Source: Pseudomonadales bacterium
Lineage (GTDB): Bacteria > Pseudomonadota > Gammaproteobacteria > Pseudomonadales > UBA7239
Reading direction: 5' to 3'
Assembly (NCBI GenBank): GCA_035456205.1
Contig: DATIDQ010000102.1
Span: forward strand, 1 to 53,300
DNA length: 53,300 nucleotides
Positions 29,140-38,430 of the stretch are shown here, piece after piece; position 1 is the first letter of the stretch, and each line of letters begins with the position of its first letter. The position numbers were made by a program, and so were the translations under genes. The notes below the pieces were generated by a model, which ran no database searches, was not told where the DNA came from, and saw only the letters and a program-made list of their open reading frames with translations.

Positions 29140-29703
29140 ATGCAGGAGCATACAGAAAAATACCTGCGTATATCTGCTCTGATCTGGTTGTTGTTATTAG
29201 CGCTAACTTTTCCATATCTTTTTCACTATTACGAACAACAGCACGTGTTTCAATGGGAAGACATGGTGCAGCCGCATTGGGAAAAGGTGATTGTGCCTAC
29301 GCCTGCACACACCGAAGATGTTGTCGGATGGAAAAATCTGGATGTGCCAGCAGTATTGCCAGACATGGAAATTGCAGAGCCAAAAAAATCTGTTCCTGTT
29401 GATAAACCGGTGCTGAATAAACCTGTGCCTAAAGCAGTTGCCAGGAAGAAAAATGACAAGCTCACTTTAAAAGTACCTGAAAATATTTATCAGGGCGAAG
29501 TTGCTGCATGGGAGGATAAAAAACAGGTGCCCATGCCTGATTTTTTCGCGCCCAAAAAAGATGGGCCAGACCGTTTCCAGTTTGGTGGTCGGTTGATTAT
29601 TGACGAGGACAACAAAAAGAAAAAAGAATCCGAGGCAGCAGATGCGAGTTATCTGGACGCCGTACAAGGTGCTGAGGTGAATATCTCGATCAGCACACCC
29701 TGA
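29140..29703 (+). CDS. Hypothetical membrane-anchored protein, Pro/Lys-rich
   Basis: It starts 12 nt after the ygiQ stop. It has one N-terminal TM helix (ISALIWLLLLALTFPYLF). I recognise no family, and the SD is weak. Confidence 0.5.
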   Translation: MQEHTEKYLRISALIWLLLLALTFPYLFHYYEQQHVFQWEDMVQPHWEKVIVPTPAHTEDVVGWKNLDVPAVLPDMEIAEPKKSVPVDKPVLNKPVPKAVARKKNDKLTLKVPENIYQGEVAAWEDKKQVPMPDFFAPKKDGPDRFQFGGRLIIDEDNKKKKESEAADASYLDAVQGAEVNISISTP

Positions 29704-29715
29704 GTGCGGTGCAGA

Positions 29716-30024
29716 TCAGGTCCAGCTGCGCACATTGCTCAGGTTGGGTTTGGCTTGCGGGTTTTCTTTGTAAATCAGCGCGACATGGCCGATCTGCTGA
29801 ACCAGTTCGCAGTCACAGACCGTGCACATATCGGCAATCACCTGTTGTTTGATAGCGCGATCACCCACAGCCAGTTTGACCTTGATCAGTTCATGATCAT
29901 TCAGCGCTCTGCGAATTTCTTCCAGTACTGCATCGGAGAGTCCCTTGCCTGCCACCGTCACGACCGGGTTCAGTTTGTGCCCCAGAGCTTTCAGGTTTTT
30001 GCGGGTGCGGATATCAAGTGCCAT
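29716..30024 (-). CDS. yhbY: CRM-domain RNA-binding protein YhbY
   Basis: It contains LKALGHKLNPVVTVAGKGLSDAVLEEI...HELIKVK. It is divergent from rlmE, as in E. coli. Confidence 0.85.
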   Translation of the reverse strand: MALDIRTRKNLKALGHKLNPVVTVAGKGLSDAVLEEIRRALNDHELIKVKLAVGDRAIKQQVIADMCTVCDCELVQQIGHVALIYKENPQAKPNLSNVRSWT

Positions 30025-30112
30025 GGTGGTATTCCGATACGGGTAGGGTGGCGCATTGTAGCGGCTTTAGTGATGCTAGCTGCTATCATGTTGGTAGCAC
30101 AGGAATATCCGT

Positions 30113-30820
30113 ATGACGCTCGGTTCCCCCCCCGACAATCCGAAAAAACAGCCCTCAGCCAGCAAAACGCCTGCTGGCAATAAGCCGCCTAAAAAAAAGG
30201 TCGGCCGTTCCAAAAGCAGTGCAGGTTGGTTGAAAGAGCATTTTGATGATCCCTATGTCAAAGAGGCACAGAAACTGGGTTATCGCTCACGCGCCAGCTT
30301 CAAGTTACTGGAAATCCAGGAGAAAGACCGGCTGATCCGCCCCGGTATGACGGTGGTTGATCTTGGCGCGGCTCCCGGTGGCTGGTCGCAGGTGGCAGTG
30401 AATCTGGTGAGTCATCACGGTCGGGTGATTGCCAGCGATATCCTGCCGATGGACTCCTTGGCTGGTGTCGACTTTGTATTGGGCGATTTCACCGAAGAAT
30501 CGGTGCTACAGAAAATACTGGCGTGTCTTGGCGATCGCAAGGCGGACCTTGTGATTTCCGACATGGCCCCCAATATGAGTGGTATGAATGGTGTGGATCA
30601 ACCCAGAGCCATGTACCTGATAGAGCTGGCTGTGGACATGGCTTCCCAGGTATTACGGCCGGGTGGTGCTTTTCTGACTAAAGTGTTCCACGGGGAAGGT
30701 TTTGACGAATTGTTGAAGCAGATGAAGACCCGCTACACCAAAGTCAGCACTCGTAAACCACAAGCTTCCCGGCCGCGTTCGCGCGAAGTTTATCTATTGG
30801 CGCAGGGCTTTAGGGGGTAA
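30113..30820 (+). CDS. rlmE: 23S rRNA (uridine2552-2'-O)-methyltransferase RlmE/FtsJ
   Basis: It contains [41 protein letters not shown] and DMAPNMSG. It has a Lys/Pro-rich N-terminal extension compared with E. coli. Confidence 0.9.
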   Translation: MTLGSPPDNPKKQPSASKTPAGNKPPKKKVGRSKSSAGWLKEHFDDPYVKEAQKLGYRSRASFKLLEIQEKDRLIRPGMTVVDLGAAPGGWSQVAVNLVSHHGRVIASDILPMDSLAGVDFVLGDFTEESVLQKILACLGDRKADLVISDMAPNMSGMNGVDQPRAMYLIELAVDMASQVLRPGGAFLTKVFHGEGFDELLKQMKTRYTKVSTRKPQASRPRSREVYLLAQGFRG

Positions 30821-30857
30821 AGTTGTTACATTCCTTCTTGTTATTGAGGACAACGTT

Positions 30858-32768
30858 TTGAACGATATGGTCAAGAATCTCATTCTCTGGAGCCTGATCG
30901 CCTTGGTGCTGCTGTCGGTGTTCCATAATCTGGCGCCCACTCCGCAGGTTAGCCAGCTCGATTACTCCGGCTTTATCAATGAAATCCAGCAGGAGCGTGT
31001 GGCGTCTGTGGTGATCGATGGTCTGAAAATTGAGGGCAAACGCATAGACGGCTCGTCTTTTGAAACAGTGCGCCCCAGCGTGCTGGATCCGCACCTGATC
31101 GATGATTTGCTCAATAACAAAGTCAAAGTAGAGGGGCGTGAACCCGCGCAACCGGGTTTGTTACAGCAATTATTTTTTGCGGTATTGCCGGTTTTGCTGA
31201 TTATCGGCGTGTTCATGTTTTTCATGCGTCAAATGCAGGGCGGTATGGGTGGCAAAGGCGGCCCGATGAGTTTTGGCAAGAGCAAAGCCCGCTTGTTATC
31301 TGAAGACCAGATCAAAACCACTTTTGCCGATGTTGCTGGTGTAGACGAAGCGAAAGAAGACGTCAGTGAATTGGTGGAGTATTTACGCGATCCTGCACGC
31401 TTCCAGAAACTGGGCGGAAAAATTCCTCGCGGTGTATTGATGTCCGGCCCGCCGGGAACCGGTAAAACCCTGTTGGCAAAAGCGATTGCTGGCGAAGCCA
31501 AAGTGCCGTTTTTTTCTATTTCAGGTTCGGATTTTGTCGAGATGTTTGTCGGTGTCGGTGCGTCACGTGTGCGTGATATGTTTGATCAGGCCAAGAAGCA
31601 GGCGCCATGCATTATTTTCATTGATGAGATTGATGCTGTAGGTCGTCATCGCGGCGGCGGTCACGGCGGCGGTCACGATGAACGTGAGCAGACATTGAAT
31701 CAATTGTTAGTAGAGATGGATGGTTTTGAAGGCAGCGAAGGCGTCATTGTGATTGCTGCTACCAACCGTCCTGATGTACTGGATCGTGCATTGTTGCGTC
31801 CAGGCCGTTTTGATCGTCAAGTGTATGTTGGCTTGCCGGATATTCGTGGCCGCGAACAAATCCTGAAAGTGCATATGCGCAAAGTGCCGCTTGATGAAGC
31901 CGTGAATGCTTCTGTGATTGCACGCGGCACGCCCGGATTTTCCGGTGCGGATCTCGCCAACCTGGTGAATGAAGCAGCGCTGTTTGCAGCACGCAATAAT
32001 CGCCGTCTGGTGACAATGGAAGAGTTTGAAAAAGCGCGCGACAAAATCATGATGGGCGCTGAACGCAAATCGATGGTGATGTCTGAAAAAGAAAAAATCA
32101 TGACGGCATACCATGAAGCAGGGCATGCCATTGTCGGCTTCCTGATGCCAGAACATGATCCGGTGCACAAGGTGACGATTATTCCGCGTGGCCGCGCCTT
32201 GGGTTTAACGCAATATTTGCCGGAAGATGACAAGCATAGCCACAGTCGCCGCTATTTGTTGGGGCGTATTTCATCGGCTTATGGTGGACGTATTGCCGAA
32301 GAATTGACTGGCGGTCTGGATGCAGTATCTACAGGTGCATCGAGTGATATCGAACATGCTACCAGTATGGCGCGCAATATGGTGACCAAATGGGGGCTGT
32401 CAGAAAAATTGGGTCCGTTGTTATATGGTGAAGATGAAGGCCAGTATCCCGGTACGGCACGCCAGAATTATTCTGGTGACACTTCAAAAATTATTGACGA
32501 AGAAACACGTCGTATCATTGATGAATGTTATGCCACCGCAGAGCGTATCCTCACTGAAAATCGTGACATTCTTGAATCGATGAAAGATGCATTGATGGAA
32601 TACGAAACCATCGACAATGAACAGGTAAAAGATTTGATGGAGCGCCGTAAAGTGCGCCCGCCGCGCGATTGGCATGTAAATGATGAGACGCCTTCAACTC
32701 CGGTTTCTCCAAACTCTACGCCTCCCAACAATGTCACGCCGATAGGTGGCCCCGCAGGTGAGCATTAA
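30858..32768 (+). CDS. ftsH: ATP-dependent zinc metalloprotease FtsH
   Basis: It has a Walker A motif (GPPGTGKT), a second region of homology and a HEAGH zinc site. The TTG at 30858 lies 7 nt after GAGGA. The ATG at 30867 (MVKNLILW) is the alternative start. Confidence 0.95.
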   Translation: MNDMVKNLILWSLIALVLLSVFHNLAPTPQVSQLDYSGFINEIQQERVASVVIDGLKIEGKRIDGSSFETVRPSVLDPHLIDDLLNNKVKVEGREPAQPGLLQQLFFAVLPVLLIIGVFMFFMRQMQGGMGGKGGPMSFGKSKARLLSEDQIKTTFADVAGVDEAKEDVSELVEYLRDPARFQKLGGKIPRGVLMSGPPGTGKTLLAKAIAGEAKVPFFSISGSDFVEMFVGVGASRVRDMFDQAKKQAPCIIFIDEIDAVGRHRGGGHGGGHDEREQTLNQLLVEMDGFEGSEGVIVIAATNRPDVLDRALLRPGRFDRQVYVGLPDIRGREQILKVHMRKVPLDEAVNASVIARGTPGFSGADLANLVNEAALFAARNNRRLVTMEEFEKARDKIMMGAERKSMVMSEKEKIMTAYHEAGHAIVGFLMPEHDPVHKVTIIPRGRALGLTQYLPEDDKHSHSRRYLLGRISSAYGGRIAEELTGGLDAVSTGASSDIEHATSMARNMVTKWGLSEKLGPLLYGEDEGQYPGTARQNYSGDTSKIIDEETRRIIDECYATAERILTENRDILESMKDALMEYETIDNEQVKDLMERRKVRPPRDWHVNDETPSTPVSPNSTPPNNVTPIGGPAGEH

Positions 32769-32782
32769 GTGCTGAAATAAGC

Positions 32783-33628
32783 ATGAAATTGCAATGCGGT
32801 AACAGGCATCTTGATCTCACGCATCCGGTAGTGATGGGAATACTCAACATCACACCGGATTCTTTTTCTGATAGCGGTAAGTTGTTCGGCAGTGGTAGCG
32901 CACATATTGACCACTGTTTGCGCGTAGCAGAGCAAATGATTTCTGATGGTGCAGTTGTGCTGGATATCGGTGGTGAATCTACGCGCCCCGGCGCGTCGGT
33001 TGTGTCCAGCGTGGAAGAAATGGCACGCGTCCTGCCAGTTGTCGAAGCCATAAACAAAAATTTCGATATTGTTATTTCTATTGATACCAGTAACCCTGAA
33101 TTAATGACTGAAGCTGCAAAATATGGCGCAGGGTTGATCAATGACGTGCGAGCATTGCGGCGTGAAGGTGCAATACACGCTGCTGCCAAAACAGGTTTGC
33201 CAGTCTGCCTGATGCATATGCAGGGTGAGCCGGACAATATGCAGAATAACCCGTATTACGCGGATGTCATCAGTGACGTAAAAAGCTGGCTGCTGGCGCG
33301 GGTTGAATCATGTTTGCTTAACGGTATTACGCCAGAAAACCTGTTGTTGGATCCCGGTTTCGGTTTTGGCAAAGCGCTGGAGCACAATCTTGCTTTGTTG
33401 AAGCATCTCAACCAGTTGGCGATGTTGCCTTACCCGTTGGTAGTTGGCCTGTCACGTAAATCAATTGCAGGTAAACTAACGGGTAAGCCGCTGGCAGAAC
33501 GACTGCCCGCTTCGTTGGCGTTGGCGCAATTGGCGCTGGATGGTGGAGCGCGCATATTGCGTGTACATGATGTTGCAGAAACAGTGGATATGTTGAAAGT
33601 GTGGCGTGCTGTCCGCGAAGTGATGTAA
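32783..33628 (+). CDS. folP: Dihydropteroate synthase
   Basis: It contains GILNITPDSFSDSG, DIGGESTRPG and GLSRKS. Confidence 0.9.
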   Translation: MKLQCGNRHLDLTHPVVMGILNITPDSFSDSGKLFGSGSAHIDHCLRVAEQMISDGAVVLDIGGESTRPGASVVSSVEEMARVLPVVEAINKNFDIVISIDTSNPELMTEAAKYGAGLINDVRALRREGAIHAAAKTGLPVCLMHMQGEPDNMQNNPYYADVISDVKSWLLARVESCLLNGITPENLLLDPGFGFGKALEHNLALLKHLNQLAMLPYPLVVGLSRKSIAGKLTGKPLAERLPASLALAQLALDGGARILRVHDVAETVDMLKVWRAVREVM

Positions 33629-33654
33629 AAATTTTTTTGAACAGGTTTTGATGT

Positions 33655-34998
33655 ATGAGTAAACATTATTTTGGTACAGACGGCATACGTGGACGCGTGG
33701 GTGAACACCCCATTACGCCGGATTTCATGTTGAAGTTAGGGTGGGCCGCAGGCAAGGTATTGGCTCGCCATGCCAATGGCAGTCGTAAACTGATCCTGAT
33801 TGGTAAAGACACACGTATTTCCGGTTATATGTTTGAGTCTGCACTTGAATCAGGTTTGATCAGCGCAGGTGTTGATGTTGGTTTATTAGGGCCGATGCCT
33901 ACACCGGCCATCGCCTATCTCACACGCACGTTTAATGCCCAGGCCGGCATTGTCATCAGTGCTTCACACAATCCTCATGAGGATAATGGCATCAAGTTTT
34001 TTTGTGGCGAAGGTCGCAAGTTGCCAGATGATGTAGAGCATGAAATTGAAGCGCAGTTGAATGAAATCATGTCTATTGATGATCCAACGCTTTTGGGAAA
34101 GGCCAGACGTATTGGCGATGCGGCAGGTCGGTATATCGAGTTTTGTAAAAGCACGGTGCCTTTCGGATTTCACTTGCGTGGTTTGCGTATAGTGGTTGAT
34201 TGCGCCAATGGCGCCACCTATCACATTGCACCGAATGTCTTGCGTGAATTGGGCGCAGAAGTATTCGAGTTGGCAGTGAAGCCTGATGGTTTGAATATTA
34301 ACCAGAATTGCGGTTCTACACATCCGGGAGAATTGCAGCGCGCTGTACTGGAACAATCGGCACATCTGGGTATTGCCTTTGATGGTGACGGTGATCGTGT
34401 TCTGTTTGTTGACCATTATGGCGAAGTGGTGGACGGCGATGAGCTGCTCTACATCATTGCTCATGACCAGCGTGCGCGCGGAAAATGCAAAGGTGTTGTT
34501 GGCACCTTGATGAGTAACCTCGGTTTTGAATTGGCGTTGCAGGAACTGGGCATCCCGTTTATTCGTACGAAAGTAGGCGATCGCTTTGTGATTGAAGCCA
34601 TGCAAAAAAATGGTTGGGATCTCGGTGGTGAATCGTCCGGCCATATTGTCTGCAATCATGTCACCACTACGGGTGATGGTGTTGTATCTGCACTGCAAGT
34701 GTTATTGGCATTGCGTAACAGCGGTAAGTCGATCGCTGAAATGAAATGCGGTATGCACAAATTCCCGCAAGTGATGATCAATGTGCGTGCCGGCCAGAAA
34801 TTTGATCTTGCTGCATACCCTCAAATTGCCAATGCTATCAAGGCGACAGAGGATAAACTTGGCGCGCAAGGCAGGGTGTTGTTGCGCCCATCAGGCACAG
34901 AGCCTGTTGTGCGAGTGATGGTGGAAGGCGCGGACCCGGAATTGGTCAGGCCGTTGGCTGTTGATCTTGCTGCGATCGTTGAAACAGCGCTTTCCTGA
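33655..34998 (+). CDS. glmM: Phosphoglucosamine mutase
   Basis: It contains YFGTDGIRG, the active-site SASHNP and FDGDGDR. Confidence 0.95.
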   Translation: MSKHYFGTDGIRGRVGEHPITPDFMLKLGWAAGKVLARHANGSRKLILIGKDTRISGYMFESALESGLISAGVDVGLLGPMPTPAIAYLTRTFNAQAGIVISASHNPHEDNGIKFFCGEGRKLPDDVEHEIEAQLNEIMSIDDPTLLGKARRIGDAAGRYIEFCKSTVPFGFHLRGLRIVVDCANGATYHIAPNVLRELGAEVFELAVKPDGLNINQNCGSTHPGELQRAVLEQSAHLGIAFDGDGDRVLFVDHYGEVVDGDELLYIIAHDQRARGKCKGVVGTLMSNLGFELALQELGIPFIRTKVGDRFVIEAMQKNGWDLGGESSGHIVCNHVTTTGDGVVSALQVLLALRNSGKSIAEMKCGMHKFPQVMINVRAGQKFDLAAYPQIANAIKATEDKLGAQGRVLLRPSGTEPVVRVMVEGADPELVRPLAVDLAAIVETALS

Positions 34999-35008
34999 GG
35001 AAATAGTG

Positions 35009-35788
35009 ATGACACACCCCTTGCGCAGACCTTTGGTCATTGGTAACTGGAAAATGCACGGTTCGTTGCAGTCGGTCACTGCATTGCTGAATGCTTTGCG
35101 TCACGATCTGCAGAACAATACAGCAGTGGATGTTGCGGTTTGTGCGCCTTTTGTGCATCTGCCTTTATGCCGTGAGTTGCTGACAATTAGTGGCATTCAC
35201 TGGGGGGCGCAGAACGTCAGTGAATATGTGCAGGGTGCTTATACAGGCGAAATCAGTGCTGATATGTTGGCAGATCTTGATTGTCGTTATGTCATCGTCG
35301 GTCACTCTGAGCGCCGGGCTCTGTTTGGTGATACTGATTCGGTCGTGGTGGCCAAGCTCAAACAGGCATTGGCTGCTGGACTCACCCCCGTCCTTTGCGT
35401 GGGCGAGACTTTGGCCGAGCGTGAAGGCAATATTACGGAGGCTGTCATTGCGAGGCAGTTACATGCTGTTCTGGATGCGCTGGAGCCTGAGCAGTTACGG
35501 GGCATTGTGGTGGCTTATGAGCCTGTGTGGGCGATAGGTACGGGCAAGACAGCCAGTCCGGAACAGGCACAAGCTGTACATGCTTATATCCGCACGCTGT
35601 GGGCTGTGCAGCAACCAGAACAGGCGGCTGCATTAATCGTGCTTTACGGAGGCAGTGTGAAAGCGGATAATGCGCGCCTTCTTTTTGCCCAGCCAGATGT
35701 CGATGGCGGCCTGGTGGGCGGGGCAGCGCTGGATCAAAACCAGTTCTGTGCCATTGTGAATGCGGCGGAACAAGCATGGAACCATTGA
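35009..35788 (+). CDS. tpiA: Triosephosphate isomerase
   Basis: The ATG at 35009 follows GAGGA. It contains VIGNWKMHG, VGHSERR and AYEPVWAIGTG. Confidence 0.9.
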   Translation: MTHPLRRPLVIGNWKMHGSLQSVTALLNALRHDLQNNTAVDVAVCAPFVHLPLCRELLTISGIHWGAQNVSEYVQGAYTGEISADMLADLDCRYVIVGHSERRALFGDTDSVVVAKLKQALAAGLTPVLCVGETLAEREGNITEAVIARQLHAVLDALEPEQLRGIVVAYEPVWAIGTGKTASPEQAQAVHAYIRTLWAVQQPEQAAALIVLYGGSVKADNARLLFAQPDVDGGLVGGAALDQNQFCAIVNAAEQAWNH

Positions 35789-36159
35789 TCATTGCACTGC
35801 ACATCCTGATCTGTCTCGGCATTATCGGTCTGATTCTGTTGCAGCAAGGTAAAGGCGCCGAGATGGGCGCTTCTTTTGGCAGTGGTGGCTCGCAAACCCT
35901 GTTTGGTAGTACCGGCAGTGGCAACCTTCTCAGTCACACTACGGCAATATTGGCGACTATCTTTTTTGTCACCAGTTTTGGTTTGTCTGTGTTAGCCAAA
36001 AATAAATCGACTGCCAATCTTGATGCAGGCATTCCTGCTGCAGCGGTAATCGAAGCACATAATGCGACGGCTGAGAAACAACCAGCGCCTGCCGCTGGCG
36101 ATGCGCCGGTGATTGATGCTGCGCCCGCCGTTGATGTACCTGCAGCGCCAGAGAAATAA
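35776..36159 (+). CDS. secG: Preprotein translocase subunit SecG
   Basis: It contains LLQQGKGAEMGASFGSGGSQTLFGS. It overlaps the tpiA 3' end by 13 nt and is followed by tRNA-Leu, as in other gammaproteobacteria. Confidence 0.9.
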   Translation: MEPLIIALHILICLGIIGLILLQQGKGAEMGASFGSGGSQTLFGSTGSGNLLSHTTAILATIFFVTSFGLSVLAKNKSTANLDAGIPAAAVIEAHNATAEKQPAPAAGDAPVIDAAPAVDVPAAPEK

Positions 36160-36168
36160 AAGTTTTAA

Positions 36169-36253
36169 GCCCGGGTGGTGGAATTGGTAGACACGCTACC
36201 TTGAGGTGGTAGTGGCGTAAGCTGTGCCGGTTCGAGTCCGGCCTCGGGTACCA
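36169..36253 (+). tRNA. tRNA-Leu (anticodon GAG), CCA encoded
   Basis: I folded the cloverleaf by hand. The acceptor is GCCCGGG/CTCGGGT, the D arm GTGG-AATTGGTAG-ACAC, the anticodon arm CTACC-TTGAGGT-GGTAG, there is a long variable arm, the T arm is GCCGG-TTCGAGT-CCGGC, and it ends ACCA. It is near-identical in architecture to E. coli leuU. Confidence 0.92.
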
Positions 36254-36290
36254 TATATAATTTTTAGCAAATCCAAGAAAGCCCTATAGG

Positions 36291-36312
36291 CCCAGCAATT
36301 GCTGGGTTTTTT
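36291..36312 (+). terminator. Rho-independent terminator after secG-tRNA-Leu
   Basis: CCCAGC-AATT-GCTGGG is followed by T6. Confidence 0.75.
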
Positions 36313-36348
36313 GTGTCTGTCGGTCTCCCCCTTCACGAGCCGCTCCCG

Positions 36349-36630
36349 TCAAGGCGTATGGGGAGGAGGCGTGTGGGATGGCGGGGTATGCGATTTAGCG
36401 GTATGCGATTTGGCGGTATGCGATCTAGGGGTACGCGATTTATGGGTGTGCGATTTAGGGGTGCGTGATGCAGGGGTGTGCGATTCAGGGGTGTGTGATT
36501 CGGGGGTGCGTGATTCAGGGGTGCGTGATTCAGGGGTATGCGATTCAGGGGTATGGGGATTGGCACTTACCCCTAGTGAGATAAAACCCAAACCGAGAGC
36601 AATTGTTAGCGCGAGCGTGCTGGTTTTCAT
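36349..36630 (-). CDS. Secreted His/Thr/Pro/Ser-rich pentapeptide-repeat protein ([H/R]TPxS about 13 times)
   Basis: The ATG at 36630 lies 7 nt after AGGAGGG. The signal peptide is MKTSTLALTIALGLGFISLGVSA|NP. The mature 70 aa read HTPES HTPES RTPES RTPES HTPES HTPAS RTPKS HTHKS RTPRS HTAKS HTAKS HTPPS HTPPP HTP. The other two frames through the repeat lack a signal peptide and SD. Confidence 0.6.
   Translation of the reverse strand: MKTSTLALTIALGLGFISLGVSANPHTPESHTPESRTPESRTPESHTPESHTPASRTPKSHTHKSRTPRSHTAKSHTAKSHTPPSHTPPPHTP
36352..36561. repeat. 15-bp tandem repeat, about 14 units (plus-strand consensus GGGGTRTGCGATTCA)
   Basis: It is directly visible in rows 36361-36560. The units nearest 36560 are almost identical, and the units nearest 36352 are degenerate. 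Confidence 0.9.
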
Positions 36631-36983
36631 TTTTCTGCCCTCCTGCATCTTCTATCTCGAGTGTAGTTCAGCACTGGGTAAAATCACTATTTGGGGTGCA
36701 ATTTCGTTCGAAAGGGGAGAGCCGGTTATGTATCACCCTGATCACCTGGCAGTGGCTATGTTGGCCTGGGTTCGTTAAGTATTTCCTATAAATATTTTTC
36801 CATGAGACATGAGGTAAGTACTGTAATTTTCCACCCGTTATTCCATGCAAAACTGGCATCTGCACTTGTTTGTGCAAGCGAGTAGTGAAGCAGAACATAT
36901 ACATATATTGAGGATGGGGCAGCTGAAATTTGCGAGCCCAGACTGCATGGATGTTGCAGTGCCTGTCAATCTGGCGGTTAATT

Positions 36984-37060
36984 TGGCCCGCTCGGCGCGA
37001 TTCGAACGCGCGACCACCGCCTTCGGAGGGCGGTACTCTATCCATCTGAGCTACGAGCGG
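36984..37060 (-). tRNA. tRNA-Arg (anticodon CCG), CCA encoded
   Basis: Hand fold of the minus strand gives acceptor CCGCTCG/CGAGCGG, D arm GCTC-AGATGGATA-GAGT, anticodon arm CCGCC-CTCCGAA-GGCGG, variable TGGTC, T arm GCGCG-TTCGAAT-CGCGC and discriminator G plus CCA. The first pair is C1-G72 rather than the usual G1-C72. Confidence 0.9.
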
Positions 37061-37094
37061 ATAATGCAATTGTAAGTGTTATGGCAAACCAATG

Positions 37095-37451
37095 CTAACG
37101 TGCTGGTGCGCGAGCTATCAAAAACACAGCAGTCAGAATACACAAACTCGCAGCGCCATAATGCCAACTCAATTTTTCTTTCATATAAAAAATTGCGAAC
37201 GGTACAAAAACAGCCAGCGCTATGGCTTCTTGATAAATCTTGAGTTGCCCAACTGAAAAATGTTGATAGCCTGAACGGTTAGCTGGAACTTGTAATAAAT
37301 ATTCAAACAGCGCAATAGCCCAACTGATAAGTGCAGCAATAAACCAGGGTTTATTATTGAGGTTTTTCAGATGTGCGTACCAGGCAAAAGTCATAAAAAC
37401 ATTGCTGAGTGCAAGTCCGACAAAAAACCATGCGGGATGTGCTGGATTCAT
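37095..37451 (-). CDS. Small DMT-superfamily membrane protein (DUF486-like)
   Basis: It is 118 aa with 4 predicted TM helices, and its start codon (37451) lies 3 nt downstream of the parB stop (37455). The family call is from memory of the DUF486 length and pattern. Confidence 0.7.
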   Translation of the reverse strand: MNPAHPAWFFVGLALSNVFMTFAWYAHLKNLNNKPWFIAALISWAIALFEYLLQVPANRSGYQHFSVGQLKIYQEAIALAVFVPFAIFYMKEKLSWHYGAASLCILTAVFLIARAPAR

Positions 37452-37454
37452 ATT

Positions 37455-38414
37455 TTACTTAATATGCGCCAGTATGCCGTCCAGTTCATCCAGGCTGTTA
37501 TATTTCAAGACAAGTCTGCCTTTGCCTTTCGCGCTATGTTGTACCAGTACAGGCACGCCAATTTTTTCTGACAGATCATCTTGTAAGCGCCGAATATCCG
37601 GATCCATTTTTATTTCGACTGTTTTGTCCGTTTTTTCTTGATTAGCTTGTTGGTGTAAATTGCGTACCAGTGCTTCAGTCTGGCGTACAGACAATCCCTT
37701 GTTGACGACATTGTTTGCAGCTTCACGCTGTGCATTTTCAGTTAATCCTAATAGTGCGCGAGCATGCCCCATTTCCAGATCGCCGCGTTCCAGCATGCGC
37801 CGCACTTCATCCGTAAGTGTAATAAGACGTAGTAGGTTGGTGACGGTAACACGCGACTTTCCAACAGCATCTGCCACTTCCTGGTGTGTCAAAGTGTATT
37901 GCTCTTTCAGTTGTTGCAGAGCAACTGCTTCTTCCATCGGGTTCAGATTCTCGCGCTGGATATTTTCAATCAGCGCCATAGCGATGGCTGCATCGTCGCC
38001 TACATCGCGAACAACCGCAGGAATAGTGTCAATACCCGCAATTTGTGTGGCTCGCCAGCGGCGTTCGCCAGCGATAATTTCATAACGAATAATAGAGTTG
38101 CTGTCGTTGACAACAGGGCGCACGACAATCGGCTGCATTACACCCTGTGCTTTTATCGAGTTGGCAAGTTCTTCCAGCGCGTCAGCATCCATATCACGTC
38201 GCGGTTGATACTTTCCGCGTTGCAGCCATTCGACCGGCAGTTTGACTAGTTGGCCATCTTTAGGAGTCTTGTCGCGCACGGTGACTACGGGTGCGGCAGC
38301 GATGGCTTCGGCCACCACTTCTGGAGATTTGGTTTCTTCAACCAGTGTTTTTTTCAGCGCACTGCCTAACAATGCATCCAATCCTTTTCCCAGTTTTTTC
38401 TTTTTCATAAGCAT
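37455..38414 (-). CDS. parB: Chromosome partitioning protein ParB
   Basis: It contains LGKGLDALL, the ParB box (IIAGERRWRA), an HTH (LTHQEVADAVGKSRVTVTNLLRL) and a C-terminal dimerisation region. Confidence 0.92.
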   Translation of the reverse strand: MLMKKKKLGKGLDALLGSALKKTLVEETKSPEVVAEAIAAAPVVTVRDKTPKDGQLVKLPVEWLQRGKYQPRRDMDADALEELANSIKAQGVMQPIVVRPVVNDSNSIIRYEIIAGERRWRATQIAGIDTIPAVVRDVGDDAAIAMALIENIQRENLNPMEEAVALQQLKEQYTLTHQEVADAVGKSRVTVTNLLRLITLTDEVRRMLERGDLEMGHARALLGLTENAQREAANNVVNKGLSVRQTEALVRNLHQQANQEKTDKTVEIKMDPDIRRLQDDLSEKIGVPVLVQHSAKGKGRLVLKYNSLDELDGILAHIK

Positions 38415-38430
38415 ATCGCGTCAGAAATTC

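Noticed and set aside
33964-34698. A 244-aa ORF on the minus strand.
   Set aside because: It is antisense to glmM, making it a shadow ORF with no recognisable motifs.
36352-36561. Possible CRISPR array or other non-coding satellite.
   Set aside because: The 15-bp units are directly abutting with no spacers. The period is a multiple of 3, and the units sit inside an ORF with an SD and signal peptide.
36299-36778. A 159-aa plus-strand ORF reading the tandem repeat as GVCDS/GVRDS units. A third frame at 36333-36566 reads PLNR units.
   Set aside because: Neither has a Shine-Dalgarno or signal peptide. The minus-strand HTPES frame has both. The plus-strand ORF also begins inside the secG-tRNA-Leu terminator.
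36838-36948. A hand-found 36-codon Cys-rich mini-ORF on the minus strand (MQSGLANFSCPILNICICSASLLACTNKCRCQFCME).
   Set aside because: It has no Shine-Dalgarno. The Cys codons arise from TGC/GCA hairpin arms. Nothing supports translation. It is kept only as a note for ribosome-profiling data.
36668-37069. A 133-aa minus-strand ORF, and the 76-aa plus-strand ORF at 36845-37075.
   Set aside because: Both run through the tRNA-Arg(CCG) gene and have no SD or recognisable motifs.
36254-37094. An integrated mobile element at the tRNA-Leu or tRNA-Arg genes.
   Set aside because: No integrase, excisionase or transposase ORF is present. No direct repeat of a tRNA 3' segment could be found by eye. Only the small repeat-protein gene is present.
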